64,000 nt of DNA from Schizochytrium sp. TIO01 (taxonomy: Eukaryota; Protista; Bigyra: Labyrinthulomycetes), in assembly GCA_004764695.1 (NCBI GenBank), contig SMSO01000014.1, positions 6,004,029 through 6,068,028 of the forward strand, read 5' to 3'. Positions within the stretch are counted from its first letter, which is position 1, and each line of letters opens with the position of its first letter. Below the pieces are notes generated by a model, which was not told the DNA's origin, ran no database searches, and worked only from the letters and a program-made list of their open reading frames with translations. The translations under genes were made by a program, and so were the position numbers. Positions 1 to 10,246 of this stretch are shown in pieces.

Positions 1-1652
1 CCGTACAAGTAGGTCCATGGCATCGGAGGAGAACTCGGCGTCTGATTATTGTTACTTCCGATTTGTTCGTTACTTGATAGAACGCTTGGAGGGGGTAGCG
101 GGGGTCGACCCGAGCGCACAGGCGAAGATTGTTGCGCCGCAGACGCCGCAGTATTTTCAGGCACAAGCTTAGTTGAAGAAGAAGATGATGATGATGACGA
201 TGAAGAAGATGATGATGCGTTCTGACCAGCAAAGTCCTCTCCACAATCTGTGGCCTCGTCTGTTTCACGGCGTGATGGAGGCGCAGATGACCCCGAGCCC
301 AACGAGGTCGTTTGTCGCACTGAATCCAAGTCACTAGAGACAGTCACAGGAGCAACATAGACATCATCTGGTAAAGGCGGCGCTGATGCATTTGTGTGTC
401 CATGTTGTATAGATTCGTCAACAGCAACAGCAAAGGGGATATCATTGTCATCGTAACGGCCAGAACGAGAGGACGATGCTCCACCAGAGCTTGAGTTTGA
501 AGAGTGGTGCGCAAGCACACTTGCAGCTTGTACAGCGCGTCCGACACTACGAATGCTTTGTGAGCTAGGTCCCTGTAACGTGTTATGATCACTTGTACCG
601 AGACGCGTATTTGGCTCTGGAGATGTACGGATATGCCTCTGCAAAACCTCCAAGGCCTTGAGTATGAGGCTACGGTCCACGGAGCCAAAACGCAGAATTG
701 TCCGGTCGCGCACAGCAAGACGTTTCCGAGTCATACGAAAAGATTCCACAATACGTGGTCGGGAAATATAAACTGGGTCAACATACTCGACAGCTTCAGG
801 CATGAGAGAAACAGTAAGCACGTACATGCCACTTTCTTCTTCAAGGGTAACAGAACTTTGTTTGAGATCAAATACAACTTCAGGAACAGTACAATTGTGA
901 TCACCGTAAATGGTGATGCAATTGTATACAGTGCGTTGGCGTGGTGGAACAATGAGAACTTGTCCACACTGGCAAGTGACATAGGGGCGGTCAGAGGTTT
1001 GCTTATCTTGTAATTTAAGACAGCGAGGACACTTGAGACGCATATGTCGCGCCATCATTTTGCTTCCTTGGAGCTTACAAAATACAACATGGCGTTGCAA
1101 CCATTTGCTGCCGTATTGCTTATGAAGAGTTTGACGGAAGTCGTCGCCGAGCATAGTTCCCATACGAAGTTGCAAGGAAGTGAAGCTCTCTACGTTGAGT
1201 TGGCCAACGAAATCACACACTTTAGCTTCCAATTGCCGCAAGATAAAGGTACGTCCGAGAAGTTGAGACATCTGAATAGGGTTTTGGCCACGGTAGTCGC
1301 GGACAAGCGGGTCTGCGCCATGTTGTAAGAGCATGGAAATAAGGTCTGCAGCTTTGCGATCTGACTTACAGGCCACTGCAGCGTGAAGCGGAGACCATCC
1401 AGTCTTGGTATTTTGCACGCCTACCGAGGCTCCAATCTGCAGTAAGAATTGCACATTCGCAATTCTTTGCGCCCTGATGGCCACTAGCAATAGAGTACGC
1501 CCAGATGTGTCTCGAGCCTCGAGTAGCGCTTTCAAGCGCTCTTGGCTCAAGCTGTGGTCGTTTAGAAGTTTGCGAAGTTTGTCATGACCTTGGTTTTGCG
1601 CTACAAGTTCGAAGGCAGTAGTCTCTGGATTTGCGCTGGAGGTGTTGCCCAT
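1..1652 (-). CDS. N-myristoylated ankyrin-repeat protein with PH-like region and Zn-ribbon (XBAT35-like architecture), 3' partial
   Basis: Not in the ORF track because there is no stop in the window. Hand translation from ATG 1652 is open for 550 codons to position 1: MGNTSSANPE...RDTSGRTLLLVAIRAQRIANVQFLLQIGASV...TGWSPLHAAVAC...LISMLLQHGADPLVRDYRGQNPIQMS (ankyrin repeats), RQLEAKVCDFVGQL, CPRC-x14-CQCG, then a Ser/Pro-rich linker with SAPP motifs. Confidence 0.85.
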   Translation of the reverse strand, partial: MGNTSSANPETTAFELVAQNQGHDKLRKLLNDHSLSQERLKALLEARDTSGRTLLLVAIRAQRIANVQFLLQIGASVGVQNTKTGWSPLHAAVACKSDRKAADLISMLLQHGADPLVRDYRGQNPIQMSQLLGRTFILRQLEAKVCDFVGQLNVESFTSLQLRMGTMLGDDFRQTLHKQYGSKWLQRHVVFCKLQGSKMMARHMRLKCPRCLKLQDKQTSDRPYVTCQCGQVLIVPPRQRTVYNCITIYGDHNCTVPEVVFDLKQSSVTLEEESGMYVLTVSLMPEAVEYVDPVYISRPRIVESFRMTRKRLAVRDRTILRFGSVDRSLILKALEVLQRHIRTSPEPNTRLGTSDHNTLQGPSSQSIRSVGRAVQAASVLAHHSSNSSSGGASSSRSGRYDDNDIPFAVAVDESIQHGHTNASAPPLPDDVYVAPVTVSSDLDSVRQTTSLGSGSSAPPSRRETDEATDCGEDFAGQNASSSSSSSSSSSSSSTKLVPENTAASAAQQSSPVRSGRPPLPPPSVLSSNEQIGSNNNQTPSSPPMPWTYLY

Positions 1653-2938
1653 GCTTTGGAAGAGCTCCTAGTGCAGTCACAGCGATAGTACTAGCAACAA
1701 CGAGTTCAACGATAACTGCACAAGATGAAATGATTTCAAGCAAAAGTCTTGCTGATCAACACAACAACAGCAGTAGCAGCAGGGATGTGTCACTGCGGAT
1801 AGACAACAATAATTTAAAGATGTGTGGATATCCAGGGCGGGGTCTTCAGACTCCGTTCCCCAGATCCGGCTCGAAGTAACTCAGTGGTCTGACGAGAGAT
1901 CCCCGCGAGCGGCTCGCTTGGTCCCAATCAGCTGCTGCAGGGCGCCTGGTGCCGATGCCCTGAGCTGCCTGCAAGGGACCTGGGCTGCCTCCAGATCTCA
2001 AGCACCGCGCTCCAAGTCTGCACCACGCTCCAGCGCGGTTTGTGCAGCCGTGAGTTCGCGATTTGATTTAGCAAATAACATTTTAGCAAGTAACATTTTC
2101 CAAGGACTTATCAATTATATCGGAAACAAAACACTAAAACTAAAACTAAACGAGTGACACTATGAGCAAGTTAAAGGACAATGAAGGAGTAAGTAGCTAC
2201 ATAGTTTGCCAAGTCAGAACGAAGACATCATGTTACCTTGGACGTACCCAACACGTGACCAAGGATAATCAAATTGCACGATTTGGGCTACAGCCAGTCA
2301 CCAAGACAGAACAATGAACCAGCCCGGGGTGAATTATACAGCACAATACAGACCGCAAGCCGCAGCATTACGAGTTGTTTGGAACACAATTGTAGTTTAT
2401 GTATAATGGCCATATTATTATTTGTATTTTTTAATAATTATTTTTCTTGAAATCTCGAGGCTCGTAAAAAGCAAATTACAATAAACAAATGGATAAAGAA
2501 CATGAAGAATGAAAGAACTTCATCCTATTCCCTCAACACAAAAGCGAAAGCGACGAAACACCATTAAAAGAAGTGAGCACGGCGAGGATGGCGACACGAG
2601 CAATCAAACCAAAAACACCATTTCCAAATCGAAACCTGGGACGTCTGTGGCGTTGAGGTTTGAAGTTTTGCCCAAGAGCTAAATAGCTCACTTTTGTTGA
2701 CTTGCACTTGGTGGATCACGCTTCGCGCTGCTGTAAACTCAGGTTGTACTGGTAGAGTTAAACTAACCTGAGAATTGCTTTGTGATCAACACTCAAGTCG
2801 TGACCTGAGCAAGTCCTCCTCAAGGAAGAATCGAAGCACGAAAGACACGACCACTTGCATCGCCATGATATGTAGATAGTAGTGGAACCTACTCCATTAT
2901 TGACAAACTGGAGTTTCTGAAGAGGGTGAGTCCGCGAT

Positions 2939-2971
2939 TGAGTGAGTGAGTGAGTGAGTGAGTGAGTGAGT
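2939..2971. repeat. (TGAG)8 microsatellite
   Basis: Direct reading. Confidence 0.95.
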
Positions 2972-5900
2972 AAGTGAATTCCAGCACCTTGAATGCGCCA
3001 ACAAGATGAGTTGAGTTTACTTTAACTAGTTACTCCACAGAAGGCTGATCGAACTTACTGGTAAAAGAATGAACAATTCGACGAATGGACAAATAAATGT
3101 ATATGCACAGCTCTTGAACCGTCGCAAGTCCGTACCGAGGTTGGCAGGTATCACCATGTTCATAGGCCCTCCCTTGCGCAAACTGTCTTGCTTTTGGTGG
3201 CGCTAGAGCGATGCTCGTGGACGCATAATCGTATGGTGCCACTTAGATAGGCTCAAGCATCGGATAATTTAATTAGAAGTACAACTCAGGCTTGGAACAA
3301 TGTGTATACCAGTGGCGGGGTGGTGATAAACACTCGCCGAGAATGACCGAACTGTAAACGAAGCGTGCGTGAGCACAGTAGGGAGGTGTTGACTAGGCAC
3401 TGTGCCAAGTTCGCGATCACGATTTGTCCTTGCGGAAACATTTGATCTTGAATATAGAATAGAAGAAGCATCTCACATCGTTTCGCACCCACTACTCGTC
3501 TCCCTGAGGTAGAAGAAAGAAACACAGAAAGAAATATAGCGACCCATGATGATGATGACGATTGAGTCAACTTGAGAAATCTTGGACGCCCTGTTGTTGT
3601 GTCACCCACCCATTACTTACTCATTATCAAGCTCTCAGCTATCTTGCTTTCTTAATCGAGGTGATTTGTTCAATAGTTGTGCAATCTTTACATCTCGCAC
3701 GGCAAGAAGCCAGTTTTTTTATTTCTTCTCACCAACTGATTAGTTGTTAAAATATTCCCTACTACCACAAAATATTGTATATTTAGTGTTTAATAAATTG
3801 GTTAAAATATATTTGGAGCCTTTGCGATCATTGTATTTATTCATGAGTTTATTTATTTTAGTGTTATCAAATAATAATAACTTGCTAATGAAATTCAAGT
3901 CGATAAATCAGATAACATAGAAGAAATTATTTTTTCAGAAATGACTAGCTGTTCATTAACATGCCCTACCACGAGAATACTTTACTTGCTAATTGCGTTT
4001 CAGACGAAGATCGTGACCTCGAGCACGCTTGACGAGTCTTCGCTTGGGCCCCACGGTTCGATGCTGATGACTCACTTCTGACTGGTATTTTGGCAAAAAC
4101 TAGGCCTCAAAACAACGTTCGTCTTGGTAACACGTGGAGTTTCTCTGGTGAGTCAGAGAACTGGAAATGCCTTTGTGACAAACGTCTTTGTGCCAAGTAG
4201 GCACTCTATAGAACCCCCTATGAAGCACTATTGTTCTTCCAAAACTTTGAGCTTGTCCGATTCCGGAATGTTCGCACCACATAGGTACATGTATATTACA
4301 TATTTTTCATTTTTAAAGACTATCATAATAATAATCTATAATGATAATAATATTAATGAGTATTGCCTTCAAGAAGCCTATCCTAGTCCATGGAACGCAC
4401 TCAGTCTGTTGGAGACAACCAGATCTTCAAAAAGCTTGAGTGCAGTGCTCGTACCAGACCAATGAGGTTGAAGAAATCGACTGCGTCAGACAAACGGTGG
4501 GGTTGTACGGAGGCATTCAAGAGATTTTGAAGAAAGCCAGTCCTTTCAGGATCTACGATCTCGGTTTTCATGTACGCTTACTATTGGTTGATGGATGGCA
4601 GGTCCAGTATCCAGGCGGAGTAGGACAGAATCACATCAATCTGGTACCAAAGAAGACCTACGCATCTCGTGATACAAGGCGACAGTGGCTTCTATTAACC
4701 TTAGAGCTAAAGTTGGAGTCGTATGTGCTCATATTATAAATCAATAGAGTGGGCATGTATTAGATGACAGCATTCACAAACGCAACCTACGGCGAGCTTA
4801 TTTTCTAATATACGTGCTGGCAGAACTCAGACATTCAAAGCTTCATTGATCTCTCTTGAAAAAGATGTCCCAGTTTACAAATATCCATGGTCTTTCACCT
4901 GTTCCCTATTTTGTTGTGAATGCCTTTCAGCTGACGCAAAGAACTAGAATCTGGCTAGGAAGCAGAACATCAAATAAATCTAACTTTAGAAAGGACGGTA
5001 CGCGGGCGGAAACTCGCCGAAGGTAGGGGTGATAATAGCCTTGGCCGCGCCCAGGCACCAGCCATGATTTTTGCTGAACAGTATACCTCACTGTCTGCTC
5101 AAAGTGCTTGTTGTGAAAGCATGACATGCGTTTGGGGGAATCGATAAGAATTTAGCCAAGCACATATTGTCATGAATCGTAGCATGCATCCAGAGAATTA
5201 ACATGGCCCTTGAGAGGTGACTTAACCGCTAGTGCGTCAACGTATCAACGGCTTGAAAAATTGGGACTAGGCCGCAGTACCTATCATACGTGTCGTATAC
5301 GCGCCTGTAAATCTCGGCACTGCTATTACACAGTTTAAAGGCATTTTTCCCGCGATCCCCTGCAAGTTAAACTGAATCTAGCGAATGGTGAGTTATTTTT
5401 ATTCCAGCGCAAAACTAAGATTAATATTAAAGGTTTCATCTGCTTCAAGTTGCCAAACATTGTAGCCAGCGCATACTTATTAGAGCTATTCAAGATTAGT
5501 CTCTCATGTAAATTTCTCCATGACTTATTGAGCTTTAATCTTCTGCAGGAGATGCCAAACTTTGCTGTAGTGCATAATGCATGAATACATTTATGTCATT
5601 TGAAACTATCGCAAAAAAGTGTAGAGGGTTGATCGAACTGAATGACAGAATTCTGGTGAGACGATTACTGCCTCAGTTTAGATAGAGTGAGTAGCGTCTT
5701 CTGGAGGAATCATGCCTTCACATTCGCGGATTTGAAGTGTATCAAAATAAGGTTTGTGATCGAAGCTTCAGTAGTATGGTTATCTATTTCATCATCATCA
5801 GTATCCCTGGACCAGTCAGGCGCTGCCAATTTATGGAGGGCTGCGGATCCCTTTGGCTTGTCCTTGAAATCGTACCTCGGAGTGGGTTTTCCCTGGCATG

Positions 5901-6269
5901 AGTCTGATTATATTTATGAACTAATTGCAGTTAACTTGCAGTACCCATCAGGGTGAACGTTGCCTGCGACTCAACGATGCTTGAATTCTACAAACGAAGG
6001 TATTTCTAAGATGATCGGCAGGGTAAAAATCACGAAGGGGTACTGGGGCGTCAAAATGTGGCATCCAAGGCCACAATCTAGCCTGTATACACGTCTGTTG
6101 CGTCGCGAGGCCATCCTCGTCGCATCGAGCTGCGAAATCCGGGTGTCAGCCTGTCCAAAAATACGAGTGGAGAAGGCTTGAAGTCCACAAGAATTTCAAT
6201 GTAGACCTTGTAAACAATCTCGGAAAAAAGATCTCAAAGCGAGCTCTAATCATTTAATCCTGGAGAGGA

Positions 6270-7400
6270 TTAAAACCAGTACTGTGGGTACCGCATGCCT
6301 CCGCGGAGGGAGTTGTTGTAGAGTACGGCAGTAGCAACCATGAGCGAGGATCCGAGGGCTGTGGGTACAAGCAGGCCATATCCAAGGTTGATGATGGTGG
6401 CATTTCCTGCAACTGCAATAAGCGTGGTACCTCCGGCAGGCGGGTGAACGGTGTTCGTGATTTGCATGGCCATAATGGAGCCTGCGCAGGCAATCGGGAG
6501 CGCGTAAGCAGGGTTGCCAGCGCACATCTTAAGCGCCGTCACACCTACGAAAGCAGAGATGATGTGGCCTCCAATGACGTTCCGCGGTTGCGAGAAAGGT
6601 ACGGCAGGCGCCGCGAACAGCAGCACAGCGGTAGCGCCCATAGAGCCAAGAATCAAGGTCCACTCCTGCGCATTCATCGCACCGTAGTGCAGTGCAGACA
6701 ACACGCCAATGCTCAGGAGGCCGCCAAGGCCTGATTGCAGCACAAACTTGGCAGCCGGAAGCGGGGGCGGCTTGGCGCCCTCCACGCCACGTACCTTCTC
6801 GAGAAACGTAGGCGGAGGTGGCGTCTGCTCCTCTTGGGGTACCTCAGGCGTGACTGGCGGTACGTTCAAGTTCAAGTTTGAGGCAGAGTTCGAGTTCGAG
6901 CCTGAGCTCGGCTTGGAGCTCATCGCGAGGCCATCCTTCGCGAGGGCCGCCAGAGGTTTGCCACTGTGGCGCAGGGGTTCGCTTGCGGCACGTCTCACGG
7001 TGATTCCAAGTGCAAGCATCTTGTCAGGTTCTGATACTTGATCAAGTTTAGGTTCAACTAGCGTGGCCTCGAGTTTCTTTGTGGAGTACTCGCTAGGATT
7101 CCCAGTGTTGATGTCAACGAGGTTGACGTGGACGTCCTCGACGCAGCTCGTTTCGGGTTTGCTGAGAGCTGGGGAACGGGTGCGAGGTTCTGGACCGCTC
7201 TTCAGATGGTCTGCCAAGAACTCTTCACTTGTCGTGCACTGTGCAGGTATGGCTAGGACAAAAGATCCACAGAGGCCGTTCTGATCTTCTTCTTGCTCCT
7301 CGCGTAAGTCCTTTCCCCGTCTGGCCCCAGCCTCAGCGCCGTCGTCGTCTTGCGCGAGCTCGAGCGAACGTCTTCCCGTGAAGTCAAGCTCCAGCGCCAT
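6270..7400 (-). CDS. HPP family integral membrane protein with long hydrophilic N-terminus
   Basis: 376 aa. The C-terminal ~160 aa has several hydrophobic helices with GSMGATAVLLFAAPAVPFSQPRNVIGGH and TVHPPAGGTTL, the HPP-family signatures, and ends YPQYWF. Confidence 0.92.
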   Translation of the reverse strand: MALELDFTGRRSLELAQDDDGAEAGARRGKDLREEQEEDQNGLCGSFVLAIPAQCTTSEEFLADHLKSGPEPRTRSPALSKPETSCVEDVHVNLVDINTGNPSEYSTKKLEATLVEPKLDQVSEPDKMLALGITVRRAASEPLRHSGKPLAALAKDGLAMSSKPSSGSNSNSASNLNLNVPPVTPEVPQEEQTPPPPTFLEKVRGVEGAKPPPLPAAKFVLQSGLGGLLSIGVLSALHYGAMNAQEWTLILGSMGATAVLLFAAPAVPFSQPRNVIGGHIISAFVGVTALKMCAGNPAYALPIACAGSIMAMQITNTVHPPAGGTTLIAVAGNATIINLGYGLLVPTALGSSLMVATAVLYNNSLRGGMRYPQYWF

Positions 7401-7513
7401 TCCGGCAGCTATAGTGGACTGTTCCGAGTTTGTTCTACTTGCGCCTCGCTATAGCCCACTTGTGCCCCCCCCCCGTACAGTAGAGTATACGTGTGCACCG
7501 CACAGAAGGAATC

Positions 7514-7534
7514 AGTGAGTGAGTGAGTGAGTGA
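7514..7534. repeat. (AGTG)5 microsatellite upstream of HPP gene
   Basis: Direct reading. Confidence 0.9.
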
Positions 7535-7780
7535 ATGAATCCCTCTGAAAAAGAACGCTCCAATTGGAATGAACGAATTCAAATCGACTCAGATCAGATC
7601 AGAGAATTCAAAGTTCAAATCATCAATCAATTCAGACCCTCCAAACCTGAATGGCATGATCGTGGAGAGCGCGGCTCCCTCGAGCAAGCCTGGCGCGGGG
7701 GGACAGGCCGCGACAGGAACGAACCGCCGCAGGTACCAACCAGACTGCCGGAGAAGCGAGAAGCAAACGGCCAAAGGTTC

Positions 7781-7810
7781 GACTGACTGACTGACTGACT
7801 GACTGACTGA
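7781..7810. repeat. (GACT)7 microsatellite
   Basis: Direct reading. Confidence 0.95.
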
Positions 7811-9241
7811 GTGGTCGGGTTCTCTCTCTCTCGCCTCTGCTCGAGTTGGAGGAGTTGATGGAGATCTTCTTCGCGCTGCTCGTGCCCTATTCGCGTTAGT
7901 GGAGGAGAGGCGTTCTCCTCGACGACGCCGGTTCCCCTGCTTGGCGATGTGACTCGTTCTTTTGCGGCGCAGGCTGGAGAACGGCGCAGACCGGCGTGCA
8001 GGCCAACGCGTGGAGTTGGGCGCTGCGACGATTGAGGTTTGATTGCAGGCAGACCTGGTCAGGGACGTCTATAGGGTGGTTCAGAAAAGGACACCGGTTG
8101 GCAAACTGACGGCGAGCGGCGCTGACGTGAAGTTGCAGCGGCCTGCGGATTCAGTTCCTTTCGAAGGAGCACGAGTTGTGGAAGAGTTCCACGGCGGTTC
8201 CGATCTCGGCGGGTCTATTGACTAATACGGGTGGGAGTTTGGATGGATGTTTGTTTGTTTGTTGGCCTGCACATGGACCATTGCTGGTGGCAAGCCTGCC
8301 TGAGAGACCACACGATTAGACAATAGTATTTCGGCGGTGCTAGGCGAGTCGAGATGAGCGAGCTTGTGATCGTGGAGTGGGGCTTTGCGAGGCCACAATT
8401 GTACCAGCGGCGAAAAAAGGGGCTTTTGCCCGTTTCTTTTCGGAAGGAGAGGGCTGTACTAGGTACCAGTAGATAGGTAAGTAGATTGTGTGGGACTTGG
8501 AGTTGTAAGAATTCGACGCTGTGAAGTAGACTTTGCAGAATGACTCGAAAATAGATACTAAGCAAATACCTACTGTTTCATGCGATAGAGTATAGAAGGA
8601 GCTCGAAATCAAAGGCTGAGGAGGGTTTTGGACTTGAGCGAGGAAAGTGTGTGTTTAGATTATGACATTGTGCTTTCGTCGACGATGAGGGAAGATGTGT
8701 TCACGAAAGTGAGCAAAACTTCAGGCAAGGAGAAAGACAAGGCCCACTTGGAGCTGGCCAAGTGGCAGTGAGGATATATGCGAGAGATATGTGAGTGATC
8801 ATTATTGATCCTGTTGGGTTTTGGATTTCTATTGTTCGTATTGCTGCGTGCTGCACATCTGGAAGAAGGCACCTAAAGTATTCTGAAGTCGAACGTTTGC
8901 GTGTCAAGGCCACAGCGTCTCCGAATAAACGTCAGCAACATAAGAGAAAATTTCATCTTGATGTAGGCGACGAACATTCGTTTTGTGATGCCAACTTTTT
9001 TTAAAATGACTTCCGAGCTAATCTTCCATATCAGCTCATCTATGCGCTTTATCTATTTGGAGATCTTTGGAAATGACCATTCCGTCACCCAACTCTACGT
9101 TGGTACGAATAAACAAGACACTTGGTGTAACTATGAAAAAAGAAAACCTAGATATATTTTTATAAAGGGTACTATAGAAGAGAAAAACTTCGAGACGAAC
9201 GAACAGAGAAAGAAATTTGAGTGGTTGGGCCAGGAAGCTGT

Positions 9242-10246
9242 TTAGCACGCAGGCGCAAGGGGTAAGAATGTTTTACCTGAGCTGTATCCACGACGTGGGC
9301 CACTATTTGCTAATGGACCTTGGGCATGTTGTAAATGGGACAGTTGTTTCTTGACACGATTTAACTCTACACTAAGCGCATCACGATCAATTTGCAAACG
9401 ACGTAGTTCAGAATGATGTTGCTGAAATGATCGTGTGTAAGCTGTTGACGTTGCCTCTTCCAAAACATAACATCTCTTGCGAACTCCAACAGCCACTTGG
9501 TTACGAAGCTCTCGTACACGATCATCCAGAACAGCAAGTTCGGCATTGCATCGTGAAAGTTGTTCATGACGGCCTTGATTTATTCTTGCCAGCGTCTGTA
9601 GTTGGCTTTCTGGGTTATAAGCTGCAGAGCGCACCACTAGGGCTTTCTGGATAGATGACTGTAGTTGGAAAAGCGCTGCGTCCAAAGTTGAAGGCTCGTG
9701 AAAGAATTCATCGTTATGCGTTGTGACTGATACTATTTCATCACTGGTAGCGACACTAGATGAAGGCGAGCTCAAAGAAAGGTCAGGCGTTTGTTCTTCG
9801 GAGAGAATTTGTGGAAATGCAGGTTCTAGAATACGGGAGTCCCAAATGAACGGTTTATCCAGTGGATGTTGGTCAAGATGTCGTACCATTGCTTCCATAG
9901 TTTCTTCGAGATGCCTTTCATATCGTTTTTGCTTGGCTTCTCGACTTGAAAGTTCTTCATTTTCTTTAGTCAATCGCTGGATAGTTTGTATTAGCGCCCT
10001 CAATATCTGGTTACCGGATTCGTTTAGTATCTCACTGGCCTCAGCACGACTTTTGCTTGCCTTCTGCTCTTCTTTAACAATTTTTCGTGAAACACTGTTG
10101 TGCAGAGCCAGCCTACGCAGTGCTTCTTGGACGAGTCGCTCAGAGGTCCATCGCGCATTGAAAGCGCTGACATCTTCTCGCAACTGGTCAGACACAGAAG
10201 AAAATGAGGCACTTATAGTACCCGAAGGGCCTGACTGACCCGGCAT
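9242..10246 (-). CDS. Hypothetical coiled-coil protein
   Basis: 334-aa ATG-initiated ORF with heptad-like segments (LIQTIQRLTKENEELS; LAVLDDRVRELRNQV; LQIDRDALSVELNRVKKQL). No family recognised. Confidence 0.7.
   Translation of the reverse strand: MPGQSGPSGTISASFSSVSDQLREDVSAFNARWTSERLVQEALRRLALHNSVSRKIVKEEQKASKSRAEASEILNESGNQILRALIQTIQRLTKENEELSSREAKQKRYERHLEETMEAMVRHLDQHPLDKPFIWDSRILEPAFPQILSEEQTPDLSLSSPSSSVATSDEIVSVTTHNDEFFHEPSTLDAALFQLQSSIQKALVVRSAAYNPESQLQTLARINQGRHEQLSRCNAELAVLDDRVRELRNQVAVGVRKRCYVLEEATSTAYTRSFQQHHSELRRLQIDRDALSVELNRVKKQLSHLQHAQGPLANSGPRRGYSSGKTFLPLAPAC

Noticed and set aside
344-1587. Short track ORFs (344-718, 585-1013, 731-982, 1044-1328, 1405-1587)
   Set aside because: Alternative-frame or antisense shadows of the ankyrin CDS (minus, 1652 to <1).
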